The notes under the pieces: generated by a model
Database searches by the model: none
Told to the model about the DNA's origin: nothing
The model's input: the letters and a program-made list of their open reading frames with translations, nothing else
Shown: positions 29,701 to 42,000 of the stretch, one piece after another
How positions within the stretch are numbered: position 1 is the first letter of the stretch
Layout: every line of letters begins with the position of its first letter
NCBI GenBank assembly: GCA_965644265.1
Contig: OZ286476.1
Location: forward strand, 20,398,001-20,462,000
Source of the DNA: Glycera tridactyla
Lineage: Eukaryota
Reading direction: 5' to 3'
DNA: 64,000 bases
Program-made: the position numbers and the translations under genes

Positions 29701-32700
29701 ACCAGGCTAGTAGGATGCTGACTTTTGACTTTTGACCTCAGTGAGAAAGCTCTGACCACCCACTTTTCCCTTCTCTGCACTATTTTCTACACAAAATGGT
29801 TCTTCAATACATCTACAGTCGAACCTGCTCTAAAGACCACCTCCCAATAACAGTAAATGACCTCTCTATAAAGACCACCTGTCCATAAAGACCGCTTTTT
29901 GATGCGACCGAAGGCGGTCTTTATAGACAGGTTCGACTGTATTTCATAAGAAAATGTTGCTTTGGTATGAGCTATTGATCCAAGGCATGCAAAGTCAGTC
30001 TCCCCTATTCCAATGGTGTTGTCCCTAATTTTGAAAGTGGGTCGGACAAATATCCCCACTCAGGCAGGAGCCAGAGTGAACACTGCCACCTTCTCTGAGA
30101 AACCACTTTTCCTCAGAATTGTATAGACAGTTTGAGAACTCCTTTCCCCAGTCTGATACAGTCAAACCAGCTCAAGAGTCCACCTCTATATTGAAACCAC
30201 CTGCCTACAAAGGCCACCCTGAGTGGTGACTGTGATGCAGTGAAACCTGTCTTGGGAGACCTCTCTTTTGGGAGACCACCCTCTTCTCTATTTGACATAG
30301 ACAAATATACCTCCAATGAGAGACCACTCTTCATTGGCATTTGGGGCGGTCTCCCGAGACAGGTTTTATAGAATTTGTCTTCAAAGGCCACCTGTCTAGA
30401 GAGACCATATTTTGTTGTGACCAAGCCTGATGCTTGCTGAAGATGTGAGGCTGAAACCAATCCGAGTATGATATATATAGAGTGTTTCAGGGATTATCTT
30501 ATCAGTTCCATGGTATTCCTGTCATGGGACTAGAAGGAGGGGCGATTTAAGTGCTGGTTGTCCATCTCCCATGTGGTCTGTGCCCAGATCTCAGTTTGGT
30601 TACCCAGCATCTTTATGATTCTGCTATTCAGTGACATGACAACTAGGAGTCACATGAAAAGATTATGATACAGGTTCTTTATTGGGATACCATAGAAATT
30701 GAATTTCCGAAGAGATCTTGTGTAGTTTAGGCATCTCCTGCTCCTATGTTTCCCTCTCCCCATCTTCATTCACAGGGCCTGCCAGTGTGTGTAAGATTCA
30801 TTTCAGACAAGTGGATAACCACACTTATTTTTAAATTTTTTTTTTGGGGGGGGGGGGGGAATACAGTCAAACCTGACCTGAGCTTACCCTAATCCAAGCA
30901 AAAACCTGTCATAAGCAATGATGCTGCATTCATCTTGTTTATCTGCACTAAACATGAACCTGGTCTGAGTATGCACTTTTGTGCCGATCCATGGCCGCAT
31001 GCTTAGGACAGGTTTGACTACATATGTGTGTTTTAGCCAGGTCCCTCCCAAGATGAGCCATGAATCATAGCATTGAATCATGATCTGAGACAAGCACTAA
31101 CAATCTTATTTATTTCTGACTGTTACAGAACCACCAGGTCCACCACGCAAGGTCCAGGTCGACGACATCACCAAGAAATCTTGCAAGATTGCCTGGAAGG
31201 CTCCCGAGTTTGATGGAGGTTCCGCGATCATCGGCTACTATGTCGAACGTCGACCACCGTTCAGCGATCGCTGGGTCAAGATCAACCGCCAACCAGTCAA
31301 GGGCACCTACATGGAGGTCAAGGACTTGGTTGAGACCAGCCAGTATGAGTTCCGCGTCTGTGCTGAGAACGAGGCTGGAATCGGCAAACCATCCGAATCA
31401 TCGGGTACAATCACTGCCAAGGATCCATTCGATGTTCCTGGCAAACCTGGAATGCCCACGATTGAGTCGGTTGCAAAGGATTCCTGCTCGCTGAAGTGGG
31501 CGGCACCCAGTGATGACGGTAACAGTCCAATCACCAACTACATCATCGAGATGCGTGTTGCCGGTGACTTTACATGGAAGCAGGCCAACGTGACCGAACG
31601 TTGCTCCAGGACCAGCTACACAGCACGCGGTCTTCGCGAGGGTGCAGAATACGAATTCCGCATCATTGCTGAGAACGCAGTTGGCAGAGGACCACCATCA
31701 GAGCCATCTATTGGAGCCAAATTCCGTAAGTGATATTTAACGATCCATCTCACCTCTGATCATATCCAGACATGTTACAAAATATTATACATGTACCATA
31801 TATTTCTAGTCCAGAGATCAATCTATATGTAGGCATTTTGCCCCATTTTTTTCCACACTCCTTGGTTGATAATTCTTCCTGTTCTTCATTTGACTCATTC
31901 CTCATTTCTATTGAAAATAAATGCATACCTGTTCTCTATTTAAATATATCACAATCACTTTTTATACGCTGCTCTTGAAAAAGCGGGGTATTATAGTTTC
32001 ACCGACAGCGACCCACTCCTGTGTGCAGGGTATCTTGCCCCTCTGTGGCCTTGTTGTACAATGAGAATATTGAATTAGTATTTTTAAAGAACAGGAAAGA
32101 ACTTGACCTGTGACAGTTGACATGTGGAGCAAATAAATCAACTATCATTCTGTATCCTTACTGAAAAATGTCACATGAATATGTAAGAAATAGTATCTAT
32201 CTAGTGACCAATATTTTTAGAAAACTGAGGGAAGTTTGATAAGGGCTTTTCACAAAATGAACAGTGAATTCAGCTCCTACATGGATTTTGTACCTCAGAT
32301 AACATTTCTACCACTATGTTTCATGGGCACCATACAATAATATTATCAAAAATTCTTGGTGACATTTTAGGTGAAATGGTTGACATTGTTCGGCCATTGA
32401 AAGACCAGAAAGTGACCTCAATCCCCAACACCGTGACCTTCGAGTGTGAGTTCAGCCTGAGCGGACTCAAGGTGGAATGGTGTAAGGGAGACCGCGAGAT
32501 CCGCCGCAGCGACAAACACCAGATCCAAGTTGATGGTTGTACGCATCGTCTTATCATCAATGATGTTGACGACAAAGATATCGGCGAATACTCATGTGTC
32601 TACAAGTCTCTATCCACATCTGCCAAACTTGATATTGAAGGTGAGTCTGGATGATAGGCAGCCATCTTGTTGAGGTTTCAGTGCATCAAAATTTAAGCAG

Positions 32701-35700
32701 GTAGTCAATTGTTTTCTCTGAAAAGCGCCGCAACTGGTAGCATCTTCCCATTTACAAGTATATCTTGACTCTGTATGAACATAGATTTTGGAATTCAATG
32801 ACTGTCTAATTTTATCAAGATAGTTTTGTTATTCAAGTGTATTTGCTTATGTCCATCAATAGAAGCAGCTTAATACACAAGTATTTTCCAACTGCAGCAA
32901 GCAATTTTGGGGGATACATAAAATGATGTAGAGATCAAATTCACGTTACTCACAGCAACTTTTGAAAGCGAGAAGCTTTCAGATTTTCCTTCTGGAATCT
33001 TTCCTCACCTCATGGCTACTGCATTGCTGCTTGGTCATGTGACCCCAAAGTTGGGGGGGATCACGTGACCCGATTTCATTAACATGAAATGATACTAATG
33101 ATTTAAATTTTCGTGCCTTCTCTAGCCTTGATCAAGATATAATTGAGAATTATATATGCACATTTTGCCCAAAGCTAGAGCTTACAATAGTGAAACTCGT
33201 GGAGAATTGATACAATCATTTACATCAGTGACATCCAATCTGGATGCATTTTTCTGGCAATCGAATAATTGTGTTACGAATCAGTACTCATAGATCATGT
33301 GGATTGCACCAAATGTTAGGGGTATTGCTTGATTGATTGATTGATCGATTGATTGGGGATATGTCATTCACTTTATAGCACCACCCAAGATCATGGATTC
33401 CAAGTTCAAGGATGGCATGACGATGAAGGCCAATTCTTCCGCTATTATTGAGATTCCATTCACTGGTAGCCCACAACCTACCATAACATGGAACTATGAC
33501 GGTGGGCCACTGCCAGACATCCGTCGTACATTCTCCGAGACCATCTACAACATGACCGCTTTGACAATCAACCGTGCCAAGATGTCAGACGCTGGCGAGT
33601 ATCGCCTGGGTCTTGAGAACCCCAATGGCAAGGCCACAATCACTGTCAAGGTCAAGGTCATTGGTAAGTGACATCATTTCCGTTGGTAATATAGTGTGGG
33701 GCTTGATATCAAGCATTGCTCCGATACCCAGACAGATGAAGTTTGTCTTTTGACTTGAGGTTAACAGAAAAACCTGAGTAAAAGAGACCACAGTGAGAGT
33801 CCCTTTTTCAAGGCATATTTCCTATTCAACACATGTCAGATCAGAGGCCCCTTCACCTGAAAGACCACTTTTTGTTGACTAACAGGTTGGTTTTTTGCAA
33901 GTGTCATTGGCAAGACATTTTACTACAGTGAAACCTGTCTTGGGAGACCCCTCTTTTGGGAGACCACCCTCTAATGGAAGACCGGTCTTTGCCAGCTCTT
34001 CTCTATTTGACATAGTCAAATATACCTCCAATGACAGACCACCTGTCTTGAGAGACCACTTTCTGTTGGCATCTGAGGCGGTCTCCCAAGACAGGTTTTA
34101 CTGTATTAAGACAAGTAATTTCATCAAGAATTGCCTGGCTGGGCAATAGATCCCGAATTCAGTCAGACCAATAACTTCTAGAAATTCCCAGTCTATCGAA
34201 TAGGTCATATATTTCATAAATATCACATAGTGGAACCTGTGATGAGAGACCACCTGTTTTGAGAGACCCTCTCCAGGCTTCACTGTTGCAAACACCTATT
34301 GTTTAAGTGTGGTACAGTGAAACCTGCGATGAGAGACCCCCGATGAGAGACTACCTCTGACGGGAGACTGCTTTTTCTGGACCACTTTTCTATTCGATAT
34401 AGTCAAATGTACCTCTGATGAGAGACCACCTCTTTTGAGAGACCACTTTTCGGTGACATTTAGGGTGATCTCTCATTGCAGGTTTCACTGTATATGAGGT
34501 AATTATCACATCTCTCATGTTCTCCTGATGACAAAATTTTACATGGCAATTCTTCACAACCTTGAAAAATGATACAATATACAGTAGAGGTCACCCATGG
34601 CCATCCTGATCCAATATTATACACAATAACCATGAATATTTTTCATGTTTTTTCAGACAAACCAGGACCACCTGAGACCCTAACTGTGCGTGACATCACC
34701 GAGAACTCGGTCACACTTCGCTGGTCAGAGCCACACCGTGATGGTGGTGCTGAGATTACCGGCTACGTGATCGAGAAGCGTGAGAGCCAGAAGCGTATGT
34801 GGGCCAACGTTGGATCCACGTCAGATAAGGAGTACACAGTTACACGACTGGTGGAAGGCAACTCCTACTTGTTCCGTGTATCTGCAGAGAACTGCTGTGG
34901 CGTCGGCGATCCCGCTGAACTCTCAGACACTGTTGTTCCATGCAGCAAATTTGGTACGTTGATTGATTGAAATCATTATATTTTACAAAAGACCTTACCC
35001 TATGAGGTCATACATGATTGAATCTGCTCTATCATTTTTAGCCGGCCACTGATGATTTTTTCCAAACAATTTTTAAGCCTTCATCAAGAAGGCTTAAAAT
35101 TCCAACTTGATGTTAGAATGTCATAGATGAGGTATCAATTCAAGTATATCCTGTATTATACCCCTACAAATATGATTCATACACTATAAAATTGAACTCA
35201 TTCAATCGTAGTTGTGTTGGGAGGACCTTCAAAACTTCAAACATTTATTCCCATATATCATAGAATTGCATTCCCCTCTATCACATTTTGATTCTCATAA
35301 ATAGTTATCAAATATGCTCTTGAAATCTGCTATCAGCCTTGCCTACACAGAGTCTTAATGGGTAATATAGTTTCAAAGATGCTCCTCATGAGCAACTTAT
35401 CCTTTTCACAAATGATTGAAAAAATTAGAATATGAACGAGTTCATGGCAGTTCAGTGTATCTGTTGAATTATGTCTACAAAGATTCAAAGGATACAAATT
35501 CATGAGAGAGAATTCATCTGCAATTTCTCTGTTTGGTTACAGCTCCTCCTGGCAAACCAGGACGTCCAAGTGTAGATGAGATCTTCTCTGACTCCTGCAA
35601 ACTTGCCTGGTCAGCGCCATCTAGTGATGGCGGTGCTCCAATCACTGGCTACATTATTGAACGCCGATACGGTAATGCCTGGCTTCCACTCAAGTCCAAG

Positions 35701-38700
35701 GCCTCTTTGACAGAGTTCAAGGTTCAAGACTTGGTCCGTGATAACAAGTATGAGTTCCGTGTCATCGCAGAGAACAAGGTTGGACCTGGTAAACCCAGCG
35801 ATCCATCCACTCCGTTCACTGCTAAGGATCCTTTCAGTGAGTATCACAATTCTATAATCAAAATGCTTATTTATTTGATGTCAAAACTAGAATATCCTAC
35901 TGATTGTGTGTACTTTATCACTTGGAGTTGTATCATATTATCATCATGCTATTTGCAATTTTGATGGGTATTCGATCAGAAAGTAGTTCCAGCTGTGTGA
36001 GAAGAAAATAGTCCCTGCCATCTCACTTCATTGAGTAATGTTCCTCATGTATTGTATGTGCCCACACCACAGCATTTAGTGCTGATGTGATTAAAGTAAG
36101 ATGACAAACGGTTGAGAAGAAGGTAGCATTGCAATTATGCCATGATGGTGGATAGAAATGTCCGGGCATCTCCAAAAGCCCCTTTTCCCTGTGAATGAAC
36201 TTTCCTCTTTATATGCGGAACGTTATGATATAGTGAATATCATTCACCTTACGCTCCAAATGATATTTTCATTATTTGGGCTGCTTGGAAAATCCTGCAA
36301 ATCGATTATCAGGAAGTAGAATTGTATTTGAAGAATTTTTCAAATGAAAAGATGGAGATTTTAAATTTGAACTTTCTTATATTTCAGATAAACCTGGTCC
36401 ACCTGGAACTCCCCAGATCAACCAAGTATCTGGAACCGCGATGAATGTTGAATGGACACCACCAATGAACGACGGTGGCAGCCCTGTCATAAGCTACGTC
36501 CTCGAATGCAAGATGGAGGGAGGCTTCAAGTGGCAGCGTGCTACTCGTGATGTCATCGAGACAACCAGCTACAAGGTGTCAGGTCTTATGGAGGGTATGC
36601 AGTACCAGTTCCGTGTGTCAGCTGAAAACAAGGCTGGACAGGGACCATGGTCCGACAACAGCAGCAAGGTCCATGCTAAAGAACCACTTAGTGAGTACCC
36701 TTTCAGAAGTCTCAGAGCAGATTGCAATCTCATTTGACCTGAGGCATATCGCAGCAACAGGGTTGTATTCAGCATCTTCAGTGTTGTTATGAGATAGAAA
36801 TACAAGTAGCTTGTGAAATACAGTTTGGAATGTCATATATAATGATGGATGCATGAAACCGTAATGTTGAATAAGGTGTGTTGAAAGATATTACTGCTTG
36901 AAATTGGATTGTTTCTGAATTGTTGAAACATCTCAATTTTGTACTTGATGAGCACTTGATGAGTACTTGATGAGGATTTTAGAACAGACAGAAATATTTC
37001 CAACCTGGCCCCTCATTTTGGAAAACTTGATGCAGCTTCATACTTTTCGTTGGGTCATGTGTTAGTCATGTGACCGATATTTTGCTGCAGGATGATTTTC
37101 TGGTCAGCAGCAATTTGGTGAGTGCTGATTGGTTGTTTGTGTGGAGAGGATTTTCCAATTTAGTCAAGTTCATCATGGAGTTGCTATTTCCTCATTCTGT
37201 TCTTGTTGATCATTGTTGAAATTTATCAATTTTCAATTTCCAGTTGGAACAGCACCTCATGTGACAACACCAATGCAGGAGAAGACCATCTGTGCTCCTG
37301 ATGATGTGATGATGGAGTGCGGAATTGATGGCGGTGAACCCACCGCGACCATGCATTGGTTCAAGGATGCCAAGGAGGTGTACCAGGGATCCAAGTATGA
37401 CATGCGTTATAAGGGTGACCGTGCGCAGCTCGTAATTCATGACACCGAACTGACTGATGCTGCCACCTACAGGTGCGAGGCATCCAACAAGATCGGACGT
37501 TGTGAGACTCAGGCAAAGCTGACCGTACATGGTATGTCATCATTACATTTCATGAAAATCAATTTCTTCTGTCTCATAAAATCTTACCTGGATTGAAGAG
37601 ATGAGTACAGTAAAACTTGGGAGACCACCCAAAGTACCAATGACAAGCGGTCTCTCAAGTCAGTTGGTCTATCATTGGAGGTATATTTGACTATGTCAAA
37701 TAGAGAAGAGCCGATAAAGAGAAGTCTCCCATTAGAGGGTGGTCTCCCAAAAGCGGGATCTCCCAAGACAGCTTTCACTGTATTACTCAGTCTATCAATC
37801 TTATTGTGCACGGTTTGAAACTCTTTGATTCGAAAGTGTCTTCGAAGATCATAATCAACATCTTCATGATGTTGTTAATGGGGAAGTATTCTCACTGATA
37901 CCTTTATGGCACTTTTCGTCTATATTTTCATCTCATTTTTTTATTTTTTTCATTTTTCAGCTGCACCCAAGCTGGAGATTGACATCAAGTATCAAGGCAT
38001 CCAGCAAGTGAAGGGAGACAGCCGAATGATTCTGTCAGCCAACATGCATGGCGTACCAAACCCAACGGTTCGCTGGTTCCTCAACGGCAGTGAGCTCCGT
38101 CCTGGAGCAAATGTTGAGATCAAGACCGAAGCTACGTTCACCACATTGAGCATTGCCAAGGTCAACAAGGAGCATTCTGGTACTTACAAGGTCATTGCTG
38201 AGAACAAGGTCGGAGGTGACAGCAAGGAGTTTGAAGTAGATGTCAAAGGTGAGATGTCAATTGCCAACCAGAATATGAGTATGAGAATTGTAAATATGTG
38301 TGTAATGTCTCAGCATTTAGCAACTTTCTAGCTATATTCTACCCTATAGTTTAAATTAGTCTCTACTTCCACTCATTCAGGCCATTCACTGATATATATA
38401 TATATATATATATATATACAGTCGAACCTCTCTATAACGACCACCCTCGGTCGACTGTCGGAGTGGTCGTTACAGAGAGGTGGCCGCTATAGAGAGGTTC
38501 ACCTGTAATACAACCAAATCGCCGAGATCACGGCAAAATTGACCAATCAGCGACCTGCTTTCATGGGGATCTCGTCGCGAGATGTCAACAATGTGCGCAG
38601 AAGATGATTTCCGAGCGTCTGCGCAGGTCGCTGGAGGAGGGAGACCGGCCACTGCTAGCTCTCTAGGCGGGGGAAGTGAGTTCATCTGACGGGCGAGCAA

Positions 38701-39027
38701 GCGGAATCTGAGCAGATTTCACTGTCTCGAGTACGGCCGGGCGGTCGCTCGAGGAGGGAGACCGGCCACTGCTAGCTCTCTAGGCGGGGGAAGTGAGTTC
38801 ATCTGAGGGGCGAGCAAGCAGAATCTGAGCAGATTTCACGGTCTCGAGTGCGGCCGGGCGGTCGTTATAGGAAGGTTCCTCAACCAAAAATGGCGGTCGC
38901 TGGTCGGAGTTGGGAGGTGGTCGCTATACAGAGGTCAATTATAGTGAAAAATACGTCGGTCGCGGTCAGGGGTGGTCGTTAAAGTGAGGTGGTCGCTATA
39001 GAGAGGTGGTCGTTAGACCAGGTTAGA

Positions 39028-39077
<50 letters not shown>

Positions 39078-42000
39078 TATATACCAGTCTCCTCATTTCA
39101 TTCAATCAATTGAAAGTAGCTTTAGGCATATATATGCTATGTAGAAGATTTATGATGGATTAGATGCATGAACATACTGAAACTTGTTGATGAGATAGTT
39201 TTACCAATGATTGTAAAATTATATTCAAAATTTCTAATTCTTTCTGTTAGACAATCTGGCGATATAATATTGATATTTTGTAGAATAGAATAAATGTATA
39301 ATATTGATATTTTGTAGAATAAAATAAATGACTCAGACGGGACTGGGGCAGTCATGTCCCTGCTGATATATCAGGATGTTCTTCACTTGTTAGTTAATTG
39401 TTAAGATCCTGAAATAGTCATGTGAGGACCTTATACTTCAGGACTGGAGAAAGCTTGATGAGTTGGAAGGTTCACATTCCTGGATAATTCTTACGTGATT
39501 TGTGTGAAAGCCACAATATTCAAAGTGAAATTTTATCTATTTTCACAGATCGTCCTCCTGCGCCTCGCAACCTGAGAGTGATTGACCAGTACAAGGACTA
39601 CATCGCTATTGCCTGGGATGAGCCAGAGAATGACGGTGGATCCCGTCTTACCGGCTACGTCGTTGAGAAGCGTGATGCCAGTCGCACCATGTGGACCGGA
39701 ATCGGTGACACAATCGCCGAAACAAGTAAATTCAAGGCTCAGCGCCTCACCGAGGGAACTGAGTACTACTTCCGTGTGGCGGCTGTCAACTCCATCGGCC
39801 AGGGACCCTTCGCCATCACTGATGAAGGCTGCACTGCTAAGCTACCATTCAGTAAGTGGATGATGCTAGCTCTCTCTCACTCCATTATGGTACATTTTCC
39901 GTAGAAATCAAATTGAGTCCACAAAAATTAATTTTTCAACTACATATTCTCAATTGATATTGCAATCGTATGACATGCTGTACCTTAATTACATGCTTTT
40001 GGTTCAGTGTACCACATTATCCCTTTATGCCTCTTTCTTGAGGGATCATTCCTTGTTCCTTGATATTTTAAAGGTGAGAAGATGGAAAAAGTGCAACATT
40101 GATGGAGACACAGCTGTAGTTGGGACCGGACAATGAAATAGTCCTCTGTTAGTTGTGATATGAAAGAGCATTTCTGTCATGTCCTTGACTTGTAAGATGT
40201 AGAAATTAGGGCAGAAACTATGACACAACCCAAGCTTGTTATTCCGCCACTTTGTATTCTGCACAAACGCCATCTACTGGATCTCAGCAGAATTACACAA
40301 GTACCACAAACAACTAATGTCGCAAATGTCAGGAACACCACACAATGATTGACAATTTCATTTTCAGGAAGGTTCCATGATGCTGCAGAATATTAGATTT
40401 CAGGAGAATGAATCACATGAAAGAAATTTGTCTATATCTCCAGCCATTATTTGATATAAAAATCAGAATAGTGGGATGCAGTCACAATCTTGTTTCACTT
40501 GCTCATCGAGCCTTGATCACATGTTTGTTTTTTCTCATTGCAGAGGTGCCAAATCCACCAAGAAATGTCAGCATTGATGACCTCACCAAGAACTCTGTGA
40601 CCTTGACCTGGGAGAAGCCTGACTTTGATGGTGGCTCTCCAGTGACTGGTTACTACATCATGAAGCGTGTAGCTTACAGCTCCCGCTTCACACGAGTCAA
40701 CAAGAACCCGGTCCGTGAGACCATGTTCAAGGTGAGTAAGAAGCTCATTTCAAGGTCATCTAATTGACCTTTCTATTCTTCAGGCCTTCATGGGTTGAAG
40801 GGACTTTAAACATTACTTGATTAATCAATCAATATGTTCTTGAGGCAATAATCCAAAAACCTTCCAGTACTCTCCCTGAAGAAATGCTTTCAAATAGAAT
40901 CCTGTTCAAGTTGAGTCAGGTCATTTGAAGGTCATCTATGTCTTGCAAGTGATAATTAAAAAACCCATGATATTTCCTGAACTAGGCTTTCAAAAAGAAT
41001 CCTGGCCTCTATTAGACCCTGTTCAAGGTACGAAGGTCATTTATGAGTCATCAATCCAAACCGCCAATTCAGCAGGCAATAATTGGAAAATTCTATATTT
41101 TTCCTGAACTTTTCTTTCAATCGTGTTAGAATCACATCTTCAGCATTCACAGAAAATTAAGTGTAATAACTTTCATTTGTATTGGGTTATTACTTTTAGG
41201 TCATGTTACATTTAAGTGTGACTCTGTACTTTCAAAGTTACTTGTGCAGGTAGAGATTTGAATTAGTGAGTTTGAGTGTTCTTCATCATGAATTCTGTGT
41301 GTTCCTCCCAGGTTCGTGACTTGTCAGAAGATGAGGAGTATGAGTTCATGATCATTGCCGAGAATGAGGCTGGCGAGAGCAAGCCCTCTGAATCCACTGG
41401 ACCATTCCATGCTCGTGATCCATTCAGCAAGCCAGGTAAACCAGGAACCCCAGATGTCGAACTCCAGGGTCCTGCAGTCAAATTGTCCTGGAGACCACCA
41501 TCCTCCGACGGACAGAGTCCCATCACCAACTATGTGATTGAGATGAAGAGTGTCCGTGAGGTACGCTGGAGAGTGGTAAACGAGCACGAGAAAGTGACAT
41601 CTCTGGACTATGTTGTGCATAATCTCCAGGCCGACACCGATTACGAATTCCGCGTGTCTGCAGAGAATAAGGCCGGTCTAGGAGTGCCATCCAGCCCATC
41701 CAAGATGGTCAGATTCGGTAAGTCTTCTATTTTTCTACATAAAGAAAGCCTCCAACAGGGGAAAGTGTGATTAGCATGATATCGAAACTTTATTCATACT
41801 TGAATGACACGAAAAATATATTCATTATCATAGTTTGAACTAAATGAAAGGGTTTCCCAGAAGGCAATATATAGTATAACAATAAACCATGATGTCATGA
41901 TGGATTTTCATATTCTGAACTCACAGAAGGCCTTTGATGGAAGACACTATGATAAGCCATCTTTCAATTAACATGTAATAAGTATTCAACATGAGACCAT

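Larger units (their letters stand above)
13703..31128 (+). other. 17,426-bp intron between B-Fn1 and B-Fn2
   Basis: GT at 13703, AG ending at 31128, phase 1 on both sides. The domain order across it matches the other repeats. It contains four assembly gaps. Confidence 0.8.

Noticed and set aside
35071-35099. Perfect 12-bp hairpin TTTTAAGCCTTC-ATCAA-GAAGGCTTAAAA as a terminator or Helitron end
   Set aside because: Bacterial-type terminators are irrelevant here, and no CTRR Helitron terminus follows on either strand.
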